A stretch of DNA of 64,000 bases, from the NCBI GenBank assembly GCA_902634695.1, contig CACPLE010000001.1:9401-73400 (forward strand), read 5' to 3'. Positions 10,855 to 20,763 of the stretch are shown in pieces. The stretch comes from an uncultured Pelagibacteraceae bacterium (GTDB lineage: Bacteria; Pseudomonadota; Alphaproteobacteria; Pelagibacterales; Pelagibacteraceae). Each line of letters opens with the position of its first letter. Within the stretch, counting starts at the first letter, position 1. The position numbers were made by a program, and so were the translations under genes. Under the pieces are notes generated by a model that ran no database searches, had not been told where the DNA came from, and saw nothing but the letters and a program-made list of their open reading frames with translations.

Positions 10855-12776
10855 GATAAACACTCTTCATATTCGGGATCTTGGTTTTCTTTATTTTGAT
10901 AGACGTTTGAATCTACGTCAGTAGAAGAGCCACTATTGATATTTTCAGCTCTCTGAATAGATTTAGATCTACAATAATAAAGGCTTTTTAAACCTTTTTT
11001 CCATGCCTGAAAATGTATTTCGTGTAATTCTTTTTTATGAACATCGGCTGGTAAAAATAGATTTATAGATTGAGCTTGCGAAATATAAGGCGTTCTATCT
11101 GCACCAAGTTCTACTATCCACTTTTGATTCAGTTCAAAAGCTGTCTTGAAAACATCTTTTTCTTCTTTTGTTAAAAAATCTAAATGCATGACCGAACCCT
11201 GATTAGTTGTTATGCTTGACCAAATTTCATCTGTATTTTTATTATATTTTTCTAAAACTTTTTCTAGATGTTTGTTTCTAACATTGAATGAACCAGATAA
11301 AGTTTTATGAGTGTAGCTATTGGCAGCAATAGGTTCTACACCTGGCGAAGTTCCACCACAAATTATCGATATTGATGCTGTTGGTGCAATCGCTGTTTTA
11401 TTGGAAAATCTTTCATTAATACCATAATCTGCTGCATCAGGGCACGCTCCTCTTTCTTCAGCTAGTTTTTTGGATGAATCATCTACTTTCTCTTGAATTT
11501 TTTTGAATATTTTATTATTCCAAACTTTGCTCATCACTGACTCGAGTGGAATATTTTTCTTCTGGAAATAAGAATGTAAACCCATAACACCTAACCCAAC
11601 ACTTCTTTCTCTCATGGCTGAATAAGTTGCATCACTAAATTGTCCAGGAGCATTTTCTATAAAATCAGTCAAAACATTATCTAAAAATCTCATTACGTCT
11701 CCAATAAAATTTTCATCGTTTTCCCACTCATCATATTTTTCAATATTTAATGAAGATAAACAGCATACAGCTGTACGATCTTTACCGTCTTTGTCTATTC
11801 CAGTAGGAAGTGTAATTTCACTACAAAGGTTTGACGTTTTTACATTTAGCCCAGCTAGTTTATGATGTTGAGGTATTAACCTATTAACAGTGTCTATAAA
11901 AATCATGTAAGGTTCTCCAGTTTCTATTCTCGCTGTTAATAATCTAATCCATAAATTTCGTGCTGAAACGGTAGATTGAACAACACCATCTTTTGGGCTT
12001 TTTAAAGCCCATTGATCATCTGTTTCTACTGCTCTCATAAACGCATCTGATATCAAAACACCATGATGTAAATTTAAAGCCTTTCTATTTGGATCTCCGC
12101 CTGTTGGTCTTCTCATTTCTATAAATTCTTCAATTTCAGGATGATCAATTGGAATATAACATGCAGCAGAACCTCTTCTTAAAGAACCTTGGCTTATTGC
12201 CATTGTTAAAGAATCCATAACTTTAATAAAAGGAATAATCCCAGATGTTTTTCCTACTCTTCCAATTTTCTCACCGATAGATCTTAAGTTTCCCCAGTAG
12301 CTACCAATTCCACCTCCTCTAGCAGCAAGCCAAACATTCTCACTCCATAGATCTAAAATTCCATCTAAGCTATCACTTGCTTCATTTAAAAAACAAGAAA
12401 TAGGTAAACCTCTTTTGGTTCCACCATTTGATAAAACTGGTGTTGCTGGCATAAACCATAAATTGCTAATGTAATTATAAATTCTTTGTGCGTGTAAGTT
12501 ATTGTCTGCATAATGGCTTGCAACTCTAGCAAACAAATCTTGAAAAGATTCATTTGCCCCCAAATATCTATCGCTTAAAGTTGCTTTTCCAAATTCAGTA
12601 AGTTTGTTGTCTCTCGATCTGTCAATTTTAATTGTTATGCCTCTATCATTTTGAAAAAGCTCAGTTTCATTGCTTAAAGAAAATAAATCTGGCCTTTTAT
12701 CAGCAGTATTTTCAATGCTTTTTGGGTTATATTCAGAGACAGCTTTTCTAATTGCTTGTGATAAAACCTTATTCAT
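10845..12776 (-). CDS. nrdA: Class Ia ribonucleotide reductase alpha subunit (no obvious ATP cone)
   Basis: PATPVLSN, SNLCSEI, AIAPTAS, KSLYY, C-terminal CLSCQ. Confidence 0.97.
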   Translation of the reverse strand: MNKVLSQAIRKAVSEYNPKSIENTADKRPDLFSLSNETELFQNDRGITIKIDRSRDNKLTEFGKATLSDRYLGANESFQDLFARVASHYADNNLHAQRIYNYISNLWFMPATPVLSNGGTKRGLPISCFLNEASDSLDGILDLWSENVWLAARGGGIGSYWGNLRSIGEKIGRVGKTSGIIPFIKVMDSLTMAISQGSLRRGSAACYIPIDHPEIEEFIEMRRPTGGDPNRKALNLHHGVLISDAFMRAVETDDQWALKSPKDGVVQSTVSARNLWIRLLTARIETGEPYMIFIDTVNRLIPQHHKLAGLNVKTSNLCSEITLPTGIDKDGKDRTAVCCLSSLNIEKYDEWENDENFIGDVMRFLDNVLTDFIENAPGQFSDATYSAMRERSVGLGVMGLHSYFQKKNIPLESVMSKVWNNKIFKKIQEKVDDSSKKLAEERGACPDAADYGINERFSNKTAIAPTASISIICGGTSPGVEPIAANSYTHKTLSGSFNVRNKHLEKVLEKYNKNTDEIWSSITTNQGSVMHLDFLTKEEKDVFKTAFELNQKWIVELGADRTPYISQAQSINLFLPADVHKKELHEIHFQAWKKGLKSLYYCRSKSIQRAENINSGSSTDVDSNVYQNKENQDPEYEECLSCQ

Positions 12777-12805
12777 GCTCCCTTTTTTACGTTTTTATTA
12801 AAAAA

Positions 12806-12852
12806 CAACTATATGTTGTGTGTAATAATGTTAATTATACTATATAAACATC
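12806..12852. promoter_or_regulatory. Tandem NrdR boxes upstream of nrdAB
   Basis: caaCTATATGTTGTGT (12806-12821) matches consensus acaCwAtATaTwGtgt. A degenerate second copy, ataCTATATAaacatc, lies 31 bp away, the usual NrdR tandem spacing. Confidence 0.75.
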
Positions 12853-12862
12853 TAAATCAACA

Positions 12863-12877
12863 GAACATTTATAGAAC
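12863..12877. promoter_or_regulatory. Alphaproteobacterial LexA (SOS) box GAAC-N7-GAAC
   Basis: GAACatttataGAAC on +, i.e. GTTC-N7-GTTC on the nrdA strand, about 90 nt upstream of the nrdA start. Confidence 0.65.
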
Positions 12878-12943
12878 ATTAAAATAAATAATCAATCAAA
12901 AAATTAACTAAATAAATAGATAAAAAACTATAAAAACAAATAA

Positions 12944-14398
12944 ATGAAGGCCAATATAAAAATAAATTCGAGTGGTTTTAGAGAGTATGACGCCAGATGG
13001 TTGTACAAAAAAGATATAAACTTATTTGGTCTAGAAAATTTAGGCAAGGGTCTGGGAACACAAATAATAAAAAATACTAAAAAGAAAAACCCAAGAGTTG
13101 TAGTAGGACACGATTATAGATCATATAGTGAAGAAATAAAATCTGCGTTAAAAAAAGGATTAATTTCTACAGGATGCAACATAGAAGACATAGGATTGTC
13201 ATTGTCACCAACCGTATATTTTGCTCAATTTAATTTAAATGCTGATGCTGTTGCAATGGTTACAGCTAGTCATAATGAAAATGGTTGGACTGGAGTTAAA
13301 ATGGGTATCAAAAAAGGATTAACTCATGCACCTGAAGAAATGGAAGAATTGAAAAATATAACACTAAATGAAAATTTTTGTGAAGGTAAAGGAAGTGAAA
13401 AAATTATAGATGGATTTCAACAAATATATAAAGATGATTTAATAAAAAAAAATAAAATTAACAAAAAAATTAAAGCTGTTGTTGCTTGTGGAAATGGAAC
13501 GGCAGGAGTATTTGCACCCGATATATTAAGAGGAATTGGTTGTGAGGTAATAGAACTAGATTGTAATTTAGATTATACTTTTCCAAAATACAACCCAAAT
13601 CCTGAAGATTTAAAAATGCTTCATGCTATCAGCCAAACTGTAAAAAATAGTAATGCAGATATAGGTTTTGGATTTGATGGTGATGGAGATCGTGTAGGTG
13701 TAATTGATAATAAAGGAAATGAAATATTCTCAGATAAAATTGGATTGTTAATTGCTAGGAATTTATCTTTTAAAAATAAAGAAAGTAAATTTATAGTTGA
13801 TGTAAAATCAACTGGTCTTTATTCAAAAGACAAAATTCTTTTAGAAAATAAATGTGAAACAATATATTGGAAAACCGGACATTCACATATTAAAAGAAAA
13901 GTTAATATTGAAAATGCTTTAGCTGGATTTGAAAAAAGTGGTCATTTCTTTTTTAATCAACCGCTAGGATATGGCTATGATGATGGAATTAATTCAGCAA
14001 TTCAAGTTTGTCACTTGTTAAATAACCAAAATAAAAGTATGAATGAAATTGTTAATGAATTACCTAAAACATACCAAACCCCTACAATGGCTCCTTTTTG
14101 CAAAGATGAAGAAAAATACCAAGTTGTTAAAGATATAGTTGTAAAAATTAATAAAATAAAAGAAGAAAAAACCAAAATTGATGGACAAATAATTACTGAA
14201 ATACTTACTGTAAATGGTGTTAGGTTTTCATTTGAAGATGGATCTTGGGGTTTAATTAGAGCTTCATCAAATAAGCCTTCTTTAGTTGTTGTAACTGAAA
14301 GTCCTACATCTGATAAAAGAAAAAAAGAAATATTTTACTTTATAGATAATCTATTACAAAAAACTAAAAAAATTGGTGAATACGATCAAAAAATTTAA
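12944..14398 (+). CDS. Phosphomannomutase/phosphoglucomutase
   Basis: TASHN phosphoserine motif, FDGDGDR metal loop, GFEKSGH. Confidence 0.94.
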   Translation: MKANIKINSSGFREYDARWLYKKDINLFGLENLGKGLGTQIIKNTKKKNPRVVVGHDYRSYSEEIKSALKKGLISTGCNIEDIGLSLSPTVYFAQFNLNADAVAMVTASHNENGWTGVKMGIKKGLTHAPEEMEELKNITLNENFCEGKGSEKIIDGFQQIYKDDLIKKNKINKKIKAVVACGNGTAGVFAPDILRGIGCEVIELDCNLDYTFPKYNPNPEDLKMLHAISQTVKNSNADIGFGFDGDGDRVGVIDNKGNEIFSDKIGLLIARNLSFKNKESKFIVDVKSTGLYSKDKILLENKCETIYWKTGHSHIKRKVNIENALAGFEKSGHFFFNQPLGYGYDDGINSAIQVCHLLNNQNKSMNEIVNELPKTYQTPTMAPFCKDEEKYQVVKDIVVKINKIKEEKTKIDGQIITEILTVNGVRFSFEDGSWGLIRASSNKPSLVVVTESPTSDKRKKEIFYFIDNLLQKTKKIGEYDQKI

Positions 14399-15228
14399 TA
14401 ATTTAAATATTCAAAAAACAAAATAATTGAAACAATTACATTTAATAACCCAAACAATCTTGTAATTATTTTTTTATCGACGTTATGAACTGTTTTTGCT
14501 CCAATCTTTGCCATAAAAATAGTTATCGGAGCAAATATAAATAATGCTGGTATATTAATAAAACCAATTGTTAATGGCTCATCTGCTCCCTTATAACCAC
14601 CAATTAGTAGAAATCCAATTACACCTGTTATAGATATTAAAAAACCAATGGCCGCAGCACTTCCAATAGCTCTATTAATGTTGTACCCAAAGAATTTTAA
14701 AACTGGGACATTCATTACAGCACCTCCTAAACCCATTTGTCCAGATATAAAGCCTGTAATTAAACCAAAAATAATTTTGTATTGAAGTTTAAATTCAGAA
14801 AATGACTCAATTTCGTTATTTTTTAAAAAAATTAAATAGAGGCCTAAAAAAAATATTATTACAGAAAAAAATAGAACTAATTGTTGTGTTTTAAGTGTTG
14901 AAGCAAAAAGCGCTCCAAATATAACACCTATAACTACAAACAAACCAAAACTTTTTACTACATTAAAATCAACTGCTCCAAATTTATTATGAGTAAGTAC
15001 AGAAGATATAGATGTTGGCACAATTATTGAAAAAGAAGTACCCACAGCAATGTGCATAAGATAATTATCATTAAATCCTGCGGCCCCAAAAACATAATAA
15101 AGTACTGGAACAGAAACTAAACCGCCTCCAATTCCAAAAAGTCCAGCTAGGAAACCTGCTGGCAAAGCAGCAAAAATCATTAAAACAGCAAAAATAAAAT
15201 ATTGATTAGAAAAAAAATTTATATCCAA
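14395..15228 (-). CDS. Sulfite exporter TauE/SafE family membrane protein
   Basis: GLFGIGGGLVSVP and second-half GLGGAVMNVP motifs, AVGTS. About 8 TM segments. Confidence 0.88.
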   Translation of the reverse strand: MDINFFSNQYFIFAVLMIFAALPAGFLAGLFGIGGGLVSVPVLYYVFGAAGFNDNYLMHIAVGTSFSIIVPTSISSVLTHNKFGAVDFNVVKSFGLFVVIGVIFGALFASTLKTQQLVLFFSVIIFFLGLYLIFLKNNEIESFSEFKLQYKIIFGLITGFISGQMGLGGAVMNVPVLKFFGYNINRAIGSAAAIGFLISITGVIGFLLIGGYKGADEPLTIGFINIPALFIFAPITIFMAKIGAKTVHNVDKKIITRLFGLLNVIVSIILFFEYLNY

Positions 15229-15229
15229 T

Positions 15230-16213
15230 TTAACCTACGGTTCTATTCAATTGATTAAATGATATTTTATCCATTATATGATCTATTTTTTTTACATCAG
15301 CATCTCTTACACACATATTTTCACTTAAATATCTTCTCCAAAAAGCTGATCCTGTCTGGCCATGAAAAAGGCCAATTGTATGTCTCATTATTTGATTCAA
15401 TCTTGTTCCATTTTTTATTTCATTTTTTACATATGGAATTAGATTTTGTATTATTTCTTGTCTAGAAAAAACATCTTCATTTTTAAATATTTCTTTTTCA
15501 ATTTCAGCTAAAAGATATGGTGAGTGGTATACAGATCTACCAATCATAACACCGTCTACTTTTTTTAAATGATTTTTAATCTGATCAGTGGATGTAATTC
15601 CTCCATTTATTATAATTTCTAAATCTTTAAAATCTTCTTTAAGTTTGTATACCATTTCATATTTTAATGGTGGAATATTTAAATTTTGTTTAGGAGTAAA
15701 TTTTCCAAGCATTGCTTTTCTCGAATGTATTACAAAAGTTTTAACTCCTGTCTCTTTTAAAATTTTAATAAAATTGAATAAACTTTCATAATCTTCTACA
15801 TCATCATAACCAATTCTAGTTTTTACAGTAACAGGTAACTTTGTTTTTGATTGCATTTCGCTCAAACAATCAGCAACTAAATTTGGTTCTTTAATTAAAC
15901 ATGCTCCAAATTTATTTTTTTGAACTTTTTTACTTGGACAGCCTAAATTTAAATTAATCTCATCATACCCAAACTCTTCACCTATTTTGGATGCATTAGC
16001 TAATAATTTTGGAGAAGACCCTCCTAACTGAAGAGCAACTGGTTTTTCTTTTATATTAAAAGATAGTAATTTTTTTTTGTCTCCTCTGTCTATCGCTTCA
16101 GACACAATCATTTCTGTGTAAAGCAAAACATTTTTGCTTATTAATCTTAGGAAAAAACGTTCATGACGGTCTGTACAATCCATCATTGGTGCAACACAAA
16201 CTTTTCTGTTCAT
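15230..16213 (-). CDS. dusA: tRNA-dihydrouridine synthase A
   Basis: APMMDCTDRH, LQLGGS, NLNLGCPS, INGG, GVMIGR. Confidence 0.94.
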   Translation of the reverse strand: MNRKVCVAPMMDCTDRHERFFLRLISKNVLLYTEMIVSEAIDRGDKKKLLSFNIKEKPVALQLGGSSPKLLANASKIGEEFGYDEINLNLGCPSKKVQKNKFGACLIKEPNLVADCLSEMQSKTKLPVTVKTRIGYDDVEDYESLFNFIKILKETGVKTFVIHSRKAMLGKFTPKQNLNIPPLKYEMVYKLKEDFKDLEIIINGGITSTDQIKNHLKKVDGVMIGRSVYHSPYLLAEIEKEIFKNEDVFSRQEIIQNLIPYVKNEIKNGTRLNQIMRHTIGLFHGQTGSAFWRRYLSENMCVRDADVKKIDHIMDKISFNQLNRTVG

Positions 16214-16235
16214 GGTATGATTTTATAATATATTT

Positions 16236-16763
16236 TTAGCTATTTGTAGCTTCAGTATCTTCTTTTGTATCAGTGTTTTCTTGAGCTTCTTCTTCTTTTA
16301 AACCTTCTAATGAAACATCTGATGGTTCAGATTCTGTAGGTTCGTCTATGGTTTCAGGTTTACTTGAACCTTTTAATTCATCCAAATCTTCTTTTGATAC
16401 TTGAAGTTTTTCTGGAATTTTTCTAGCTCTTTTTGAAGGTAGTATTGGCGCTCCACTTTTAGATATCTCGCCTTTATATAAGTTTTCAAAATCATCACCT
16501 ATATCTTCATCTTCTTCGGAAGTATCGTCCACTTGTTCAACGTGTTTTCTTAATTTGTAAACTGCACTTACTTCTAAATCTGAAACTTTTATATTCTCAT
16601 TAGCTATTTCTCTAAGCGCTATAACTGTATTTTTATCATTATCTCTATCTACAGTTGGTTCAATACCTGAATTAAGTTGTGTAGCTCTTTCTTTTGCAAC
16701 CAAAACTAATTCATAAGGGCTGTCTACTTTATCTATACAGTCTTCTACGGTTACTCTTGCCAT
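16236..16763 (-). CDS. rpoZ: RNA polymerase omega subunit with long acidic C-terminal tail
   Basis: MARVTVEDC..., [12 protein letters not shown]. Confidence 0.95.
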   Translation of the reverse strand: MARVTVEDCIDKVDSPYELVLVAKERATQLNSGIEPTVDRDNDKNTVIALREIANENIKVSDLEVSAVYKLRKHVEQVDDTSEEDEDIGDDFENLYKGEISKSGAPILPSKRARKIPEKLQVSKEDLDELKGSSKPETIDEPTESEPSDVSLEGLKEEEAQENTDTKEDTEATNS

Positions 16764-16805
16764 GACGATTATCTATACTTCAAATTTAATAAAATCAAGG
16801 TATTT

Positions 16806-18014
16806 TTATATTAATGTCGGGTTTAGCTTATTCCTAACAATAAAAAGTAGAATTAAAGAAATAGAAATATATGTAGCTGAAACTAAAGATATTTGCTCAA
16901 TTGAAAAACCAAAATCTATCAAAAAACCAAATAAAGCAGTTCCAAAAGCGGTTGCAAAAACCATCAGCGCTGTTGTGAGTGCTTTAATCGATCCTATGTG
17001 TTTAACACCATATATCTCAGCCCAAGTTGAAGATCCTAAAACATTGGCAAAGCCGTTTGTTATTCCTATTAAACCTAAGAATACAAATGATGAAAATGGA
17101 TTATTAAAATAAAATAATACAGCAGCAGCTAATAATAGTGGAATGTTCATATAAATCAGTAACTTTCTACTAGTAAATTTATCAATCAAAAAACCTGATA
17201 AAAATAAAGTGATAACTGAAAGTATTGAATAAGCCATGAAAGATTGAGCAATAATATAAGGACCCCAATTTTTTGATTCCAGTATAAAGGATTGGTAAAC
17301 AAAAACTCCTGTAGCTATCCAGGGCATAGCTAACATGTTTGCTCCGATAATATAAAATCTATAATCTTTTAAAACTTCTATTCTTTTCCATTGTTTAATA
17401 TTTTCATCTTTGTATTTGCTATCAGTCGTAATTTCTCTTGAATCTAAATTAAGGTTTTTAACTAATAGATAAGAAACAATTGGTAGAAAAATTATTACCA
17501 ATATTGAAATCGATATCCAAATATTTTTCCATTCATAAATGGATAAAAGATATATTATTAATACAGGTAAAATAAATTCTGCAGCTGATAGTCCAAACCA
17601 TCCTGTGCTTAACGCTTTACCTCTTGATTTGCTAAAGTACCTAGAAATTGTTGTGGTTGCAGTATGAGACATCATTCCTTGACCAGAAAATCTCATAAGA
17701 AATATTGCAATAAAAAGAATTATTACTGAAGAAATTTTAGAAAAAAAGAAACATGAAAATGATAATAATAAAATAACAAAAAATGCAAATTTAAAAATAT
17801 TTATGTCATCAATCTTTTTACCTATCCAAATTAAAAAAAAGCTACTTAGCAAAGTAGCTGAGGCATAAATTGTACCAAATTCTCCATGAGTGATGGATAG
17901 TTCATTTCTAATACTTGAGTTAAATAATCCTAAAAAATAACTCTGTCCAAAACTTGAAAAAAATGTAAATATAAATCCAAAAATAATTACTTTTAAACTT
18001 AAACTTTTAAACAT
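16806..18014 (-). CDS. MFS transporter
   Basis: About 12 TM segments. GKKIDD and GFLIDKF motif A-like loops. Confidence 0.88.
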   Translation of the reverse strand: MFKSLSLKVIIFGFIFTFFSSFGQSYFLGLFNSSIRNELSITHGEFGTIYASATLLSSFFLIWIGKKIDDINIFKFAFFVILLLSFSCFFFSKISSVIILFIAIFLMRFSGQGMMSHTATTTISRYFSKSRGKALSTGWFGLSAAEFILPVLIIYLLSIYEWKNIWISISILVIIFLPIVSYLLVKNLNLDSREITTDSKYKDENIKQWKRIEVLKDYRFYIIGANMLAMPWIATGVFVYQSFILESKNWGPYIIAQSFMAYSILSVITLFLSGFLIDKFTSRKLLIYMNIPLLLAAAVLFYFNNPFSSFVFLGLIGITNGFANVLGSSTWAEIYGVKHIGSIKALTTALMVFATAFGTALFGFLIDFGFSIEQISLVSATYISISLILLFIVRNKLNPTLI

Positions 18015-18022
18015 AATTTATT

Positions 18023-18892
18023 ATGACTTGTAATGTTGCTTTCATTGGTCTTGGTGTCATGGGTTATCCAATGGCTGGTTATATATCAAAAGCTGGACAT
18101 AATGTAACTGTTTATAATCGTACAACATCTAAAGCTGACAAGTGGTTAGCAGAATACAAAGGTTCTAAAGCAGAAACACCAAGTAAGGCTGCTGAAAATG
18201 CAGATTTTATATTTACATGCGTTGGTAATGATAACGATCTAAAAGAAGTAACTTTTGGAGATAATGGAATTTTTAAAACAATTAAAAAAGGAACTGTCTA
18301 TATTGACAACACAACAGCATCGGCAACAATAGCAAGAGAAATATATGACTACGCAAAAAAAAATGGTTTTGGTTCTCTAGATGCCCCAGTATCAGGAGGT
18401 CAAGCTGGTGCAGAAAATGGAGCGTTAACTGTAATGATTGGTGGCGATCAAGAAGATTTTGATAAAGCTAAAGATAAAATTGATTGCTACAGCAAAAAAA
18501 TGAAATTACTTGGTAAAGCTGGCAATGGACAATTAGCTAAAATGGTTAATCAAATTTGCATTGGTGGTCTTGTGCAAGCGTTATCAGAAGGTATTAATTT
18601 TGGTTTAAAAGCCGGATTAAATATGGAAGATGTTATTGAAGTAATATCAAAAGGGGCAGCTCAATCATGGCAAATGGATAATAGATATAAAACAATGATT
18701 GATGATAAGTTTGAATTTGGATTTGCTGTTGATTGGATGAGAAAAGATTTAAAAATTGCACTTGATGAAGCAAAAAAAAATAATTCTTTGTTACCCATAA
18801 CTGAAATTGTTGACCAATATTATGGTGATGTTCAAAAACTAGGTGGAAATAGATGGGATACATCGAGTTTAATTAGAAGGTTAAGGAAATAA
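18023..18892 (+). CDS. Beta-hydroxyacid dehydrogenase (3-hydroxyisobutyrate/tartronate semialdehyde reductase family)
   Basis: FIGLGVMGYPMA, DAPVSGG, AKMVNQ, KDL. Confidence 0.9.
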   Translation: MTCNVAFIGLGVMGYPMAGYISKAGHNVTVYNRTTSKADKWLAEYKGSKAETPSKAAENADFIFTCVGNDNDLKEVTFGDNGIFKTIKKGTVYIDNTTASATIAREIYDYAKKNGFGSLDAPVSGGQAGAENGALTVMIGGDQEDFDKAKDKIDCYSKKMKLLGKAGNGQLAKMVNQICIGGLVQALSEGINFGLKAGLNMEDVIEVISKGAAQSWQMDNRYKTMIDDKFEFGFAVDWMRKDLKIALDEAKKNNSLLPITEIVDQYYGDVQKLGGNRWDTSSLIRRLRK

Positions 18893-18898
18893 AACTGT

Positions 18899-19498
18899 AT
18901 GCAACCAGCATACTACGAAGATTTTAAAGAAATCAAAAAAAAAATTTGGTCTATGCTAGATGATGCTGTGACTAACAGAAGCTCAACATTTAGAATTCCT
19001 GTATTTGTTTGTGGAGACCAAAAAGATTTTGATGGAAGGATTGTGGTTCTTAGAAAATCTGATCAATCAAATAATCTAGTTCAATTTCACAGCGATATTA
19101 GATCTGGTAAAATTCCTAAATTAAAAAACAATAAAAATGCTTCTATGCTCTTTTATGATAAGGAAGAAAAAATTCAAGTTAGATTGAAAGTCGAATGCAC
19201 TATTAATCATAATAATGAAATAACAAAAGAATCTTGGTCAAAAACAGGGCATATAAGTAGAAAATGTTATTTGGTCAATAATGGACCTGGAACAGAGTCT
19301 CCTACTCCAACTTCTGGATTAAAACCTGAATTTGATAATTATGAATTTACAATGGAGCAAAGTGAAGAAGGTTATAAAAACTTTACTGTAATCCAATGTA
19401 AAATAAAAACTATCGAATGGCTTTATTTAGCAGCTAAAGGTCATAGAAGAGCTAGATTTGAAATAGATAATAATAAAGAATACTGGTTAGTCCCTTAA
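18899..19498 (+). CDS. Pyridoxamine 5'-phosphate oxidase-related FMN-binding protein
   Basis: RIVVLR, HSDIRSGK, LFYD...QVR, EWLYL...HRRA. Confidence 0.8.
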   Translation: MQPAYYEDFKEIKKKIWSMLDDAVTNRSSTFRIPVFVCGDQKDFDGRIVVLRKSDQSNNLVQFHSDIRSGKIPKLKNNKNASMLFYDKEEKIQVRLKVECTINHNNEITKESWSKTGHISRKCYLVNNGPGTESPTPTSGLKPEFDNYEFTMEQSEEGYKNFTVIQCKIKTIEWLYLAAKGHRRARFEIDNNKEYWLVP

Positions 19499-19500
19499 GT

Positions 19501-19713
19501 ATGGTGAAATTTATTTTTTATTTATCCTTAATAATTTTTGGAATGTTTGCTATGAGGTTTGGCATAATTCAAATAAGAAAATACAAGCGAGGAGAAACTA
19601 AGGTTAAAAAGAAATCACTAGAACAAATTGCTTTTGGAATTTTTTTTATAATAATTTTAGGATTAATTATTTATTCAATTAAAGACTTAGAGTATTTTTT
19701 CCAATTATCTTGA
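19501..19713 (+). CDS. Small hypothetical membrane protein (2 TM)
   Basis: ATG 2 nt after upstream stop, two hydrophobic stretches flanking a basic loop. 3' end overlaps the convergent gene by 43 nt. Confidence 0.5.
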   Translation: MVKFIFYLSLIIFGMFAMRFGIIQIRKYKRGETKVKKKSLEQIAFGIFFIIILGLIIYSIKDLEYFFQLS

Positions 19714-20186
19714 TAGCGAATTGCATTTTCTTTAACCGCTTTAATTTCATCTTCTGTAAGCTTTCTAATAACTCTACCAGGCGATCCAACAACTAAAGAA
19801 TTATCTGGAATTTCTTTATTTTCAGTTATTAAAGATTTTGCACCTATTACACAATTATTTCCGATCTTTGCATTGTTAAGAATTACAGCTCCTATTCCAA
19901 TTAGACTATTATCTCCAATTGTGCAGCCATGAAGCATAACCATATGACCAACTGTAACATTTTTTCCTATCTTTAATGGGTATCCTGGATCAGTGTGTAA
20001 AACACTTCCATCTTGAACATTGGATCCCTCTCCAACATAAATATTTTCAATATCTCCTCTTAGGGTTGCATTAAACCAAATACTTGTATTTATTTCTAAT
20101 GTAACGTCGCCAATTACAGTGGCATTTGGTGCGACCCAATTTTCGCCTGAATTTTTTGGTTTTTTATTTTCCAAATCGTAAAACAT
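19671..20186 (-). CDS. Gamma carbonic anhydrase family (YrdA/PaaY-like) protein
   Basis: LRGD, NVQDGSVLH, VGHMVMLHGC, GSPGRVIR. Confidence 0.92.
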   Translation of the reverse strand: MFYDLENKKPKNSGENWVAPNATVIGDVTLEINTSIWFNATLRGDIENIYVGEGSNVQDGSVLHTDPGYPLKIGKNVTVGHMVMLHGCTIGDNSLIGIGAVILNNAKIGNNCVIGAKSLITENKEIPDNSLVVGSPGRVIRKLTEDEIKAVKENAIRYQDNWKKYSKSLIE

Positions 20187-20205
20187 ACTTTATATAATAC
20201 TTTAC

Positions 20206-20763
20206 ATGGCATTAACAAAAACTCCAATATGCGATTTCGGAAAAAAAGCTGAAAACTTCAAATTAAATTCAACTGAAAATAAAGTTATTTCACTCAATGA
20301 TATTAAAGGTGAAAATGGTACATTGATAATGTTTATATGCAATCACTGCCCTTATGTTAAAGCAGTTATAGAAAATATTGTTCAAGATTGTAAGAAGTTA
20401 GAAACAAACGGCATTAAATCTGTAGCAATTTGTTCCAATGATGTAAAAAATTACCCTGAAGACTCTTTTGATAACATGATTAAATTTTCTCAAAATCATA
20501 ATTTTAATTTTCCTTATCTTTTTGACGAAACTCAAGAAATTGCAAAAAGTTATGGCGCTGTGTGTACTCCAGATTTTTTTGGTTATAATAAAAATTTAGA
20601 GTTACAATATCGAGGAAGAATAAGAGAATTGAAAGATTTAAAGCCTGTTGGAAGTGGTGATGGTGATTTATATATGGCAATGAAACAAATTGCAGATACT
20701 GGGAACGGACCAAAAGAGCAAATTCCAAGTATGGGCTGCAATATAAAGTGGTTTAACAATTAA
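20206..20763 (+). CDS. Thioredoxin-fold AhpC/TSA family protein
   Basis: FICNHCPYV, AVCTPDFF, PSMGCNIKW. Confidence 0.9.
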   Translation: MALTKTPICDFGKKAENFKLNSTENKVISLNDIKGENGTLIMFICNHCPYVKAVIENIVQDCKKLETNGIKSVAICSNDVKNYPEDSFDNMIKFSQNHNFNFPYLFDETQEIAKSYGAVCTPDFFGYNKNLELQYRGRIRELKDLKPVGSGDGDLYMAMKQIADTGNGPKEQIPSMGCNIKWFNN

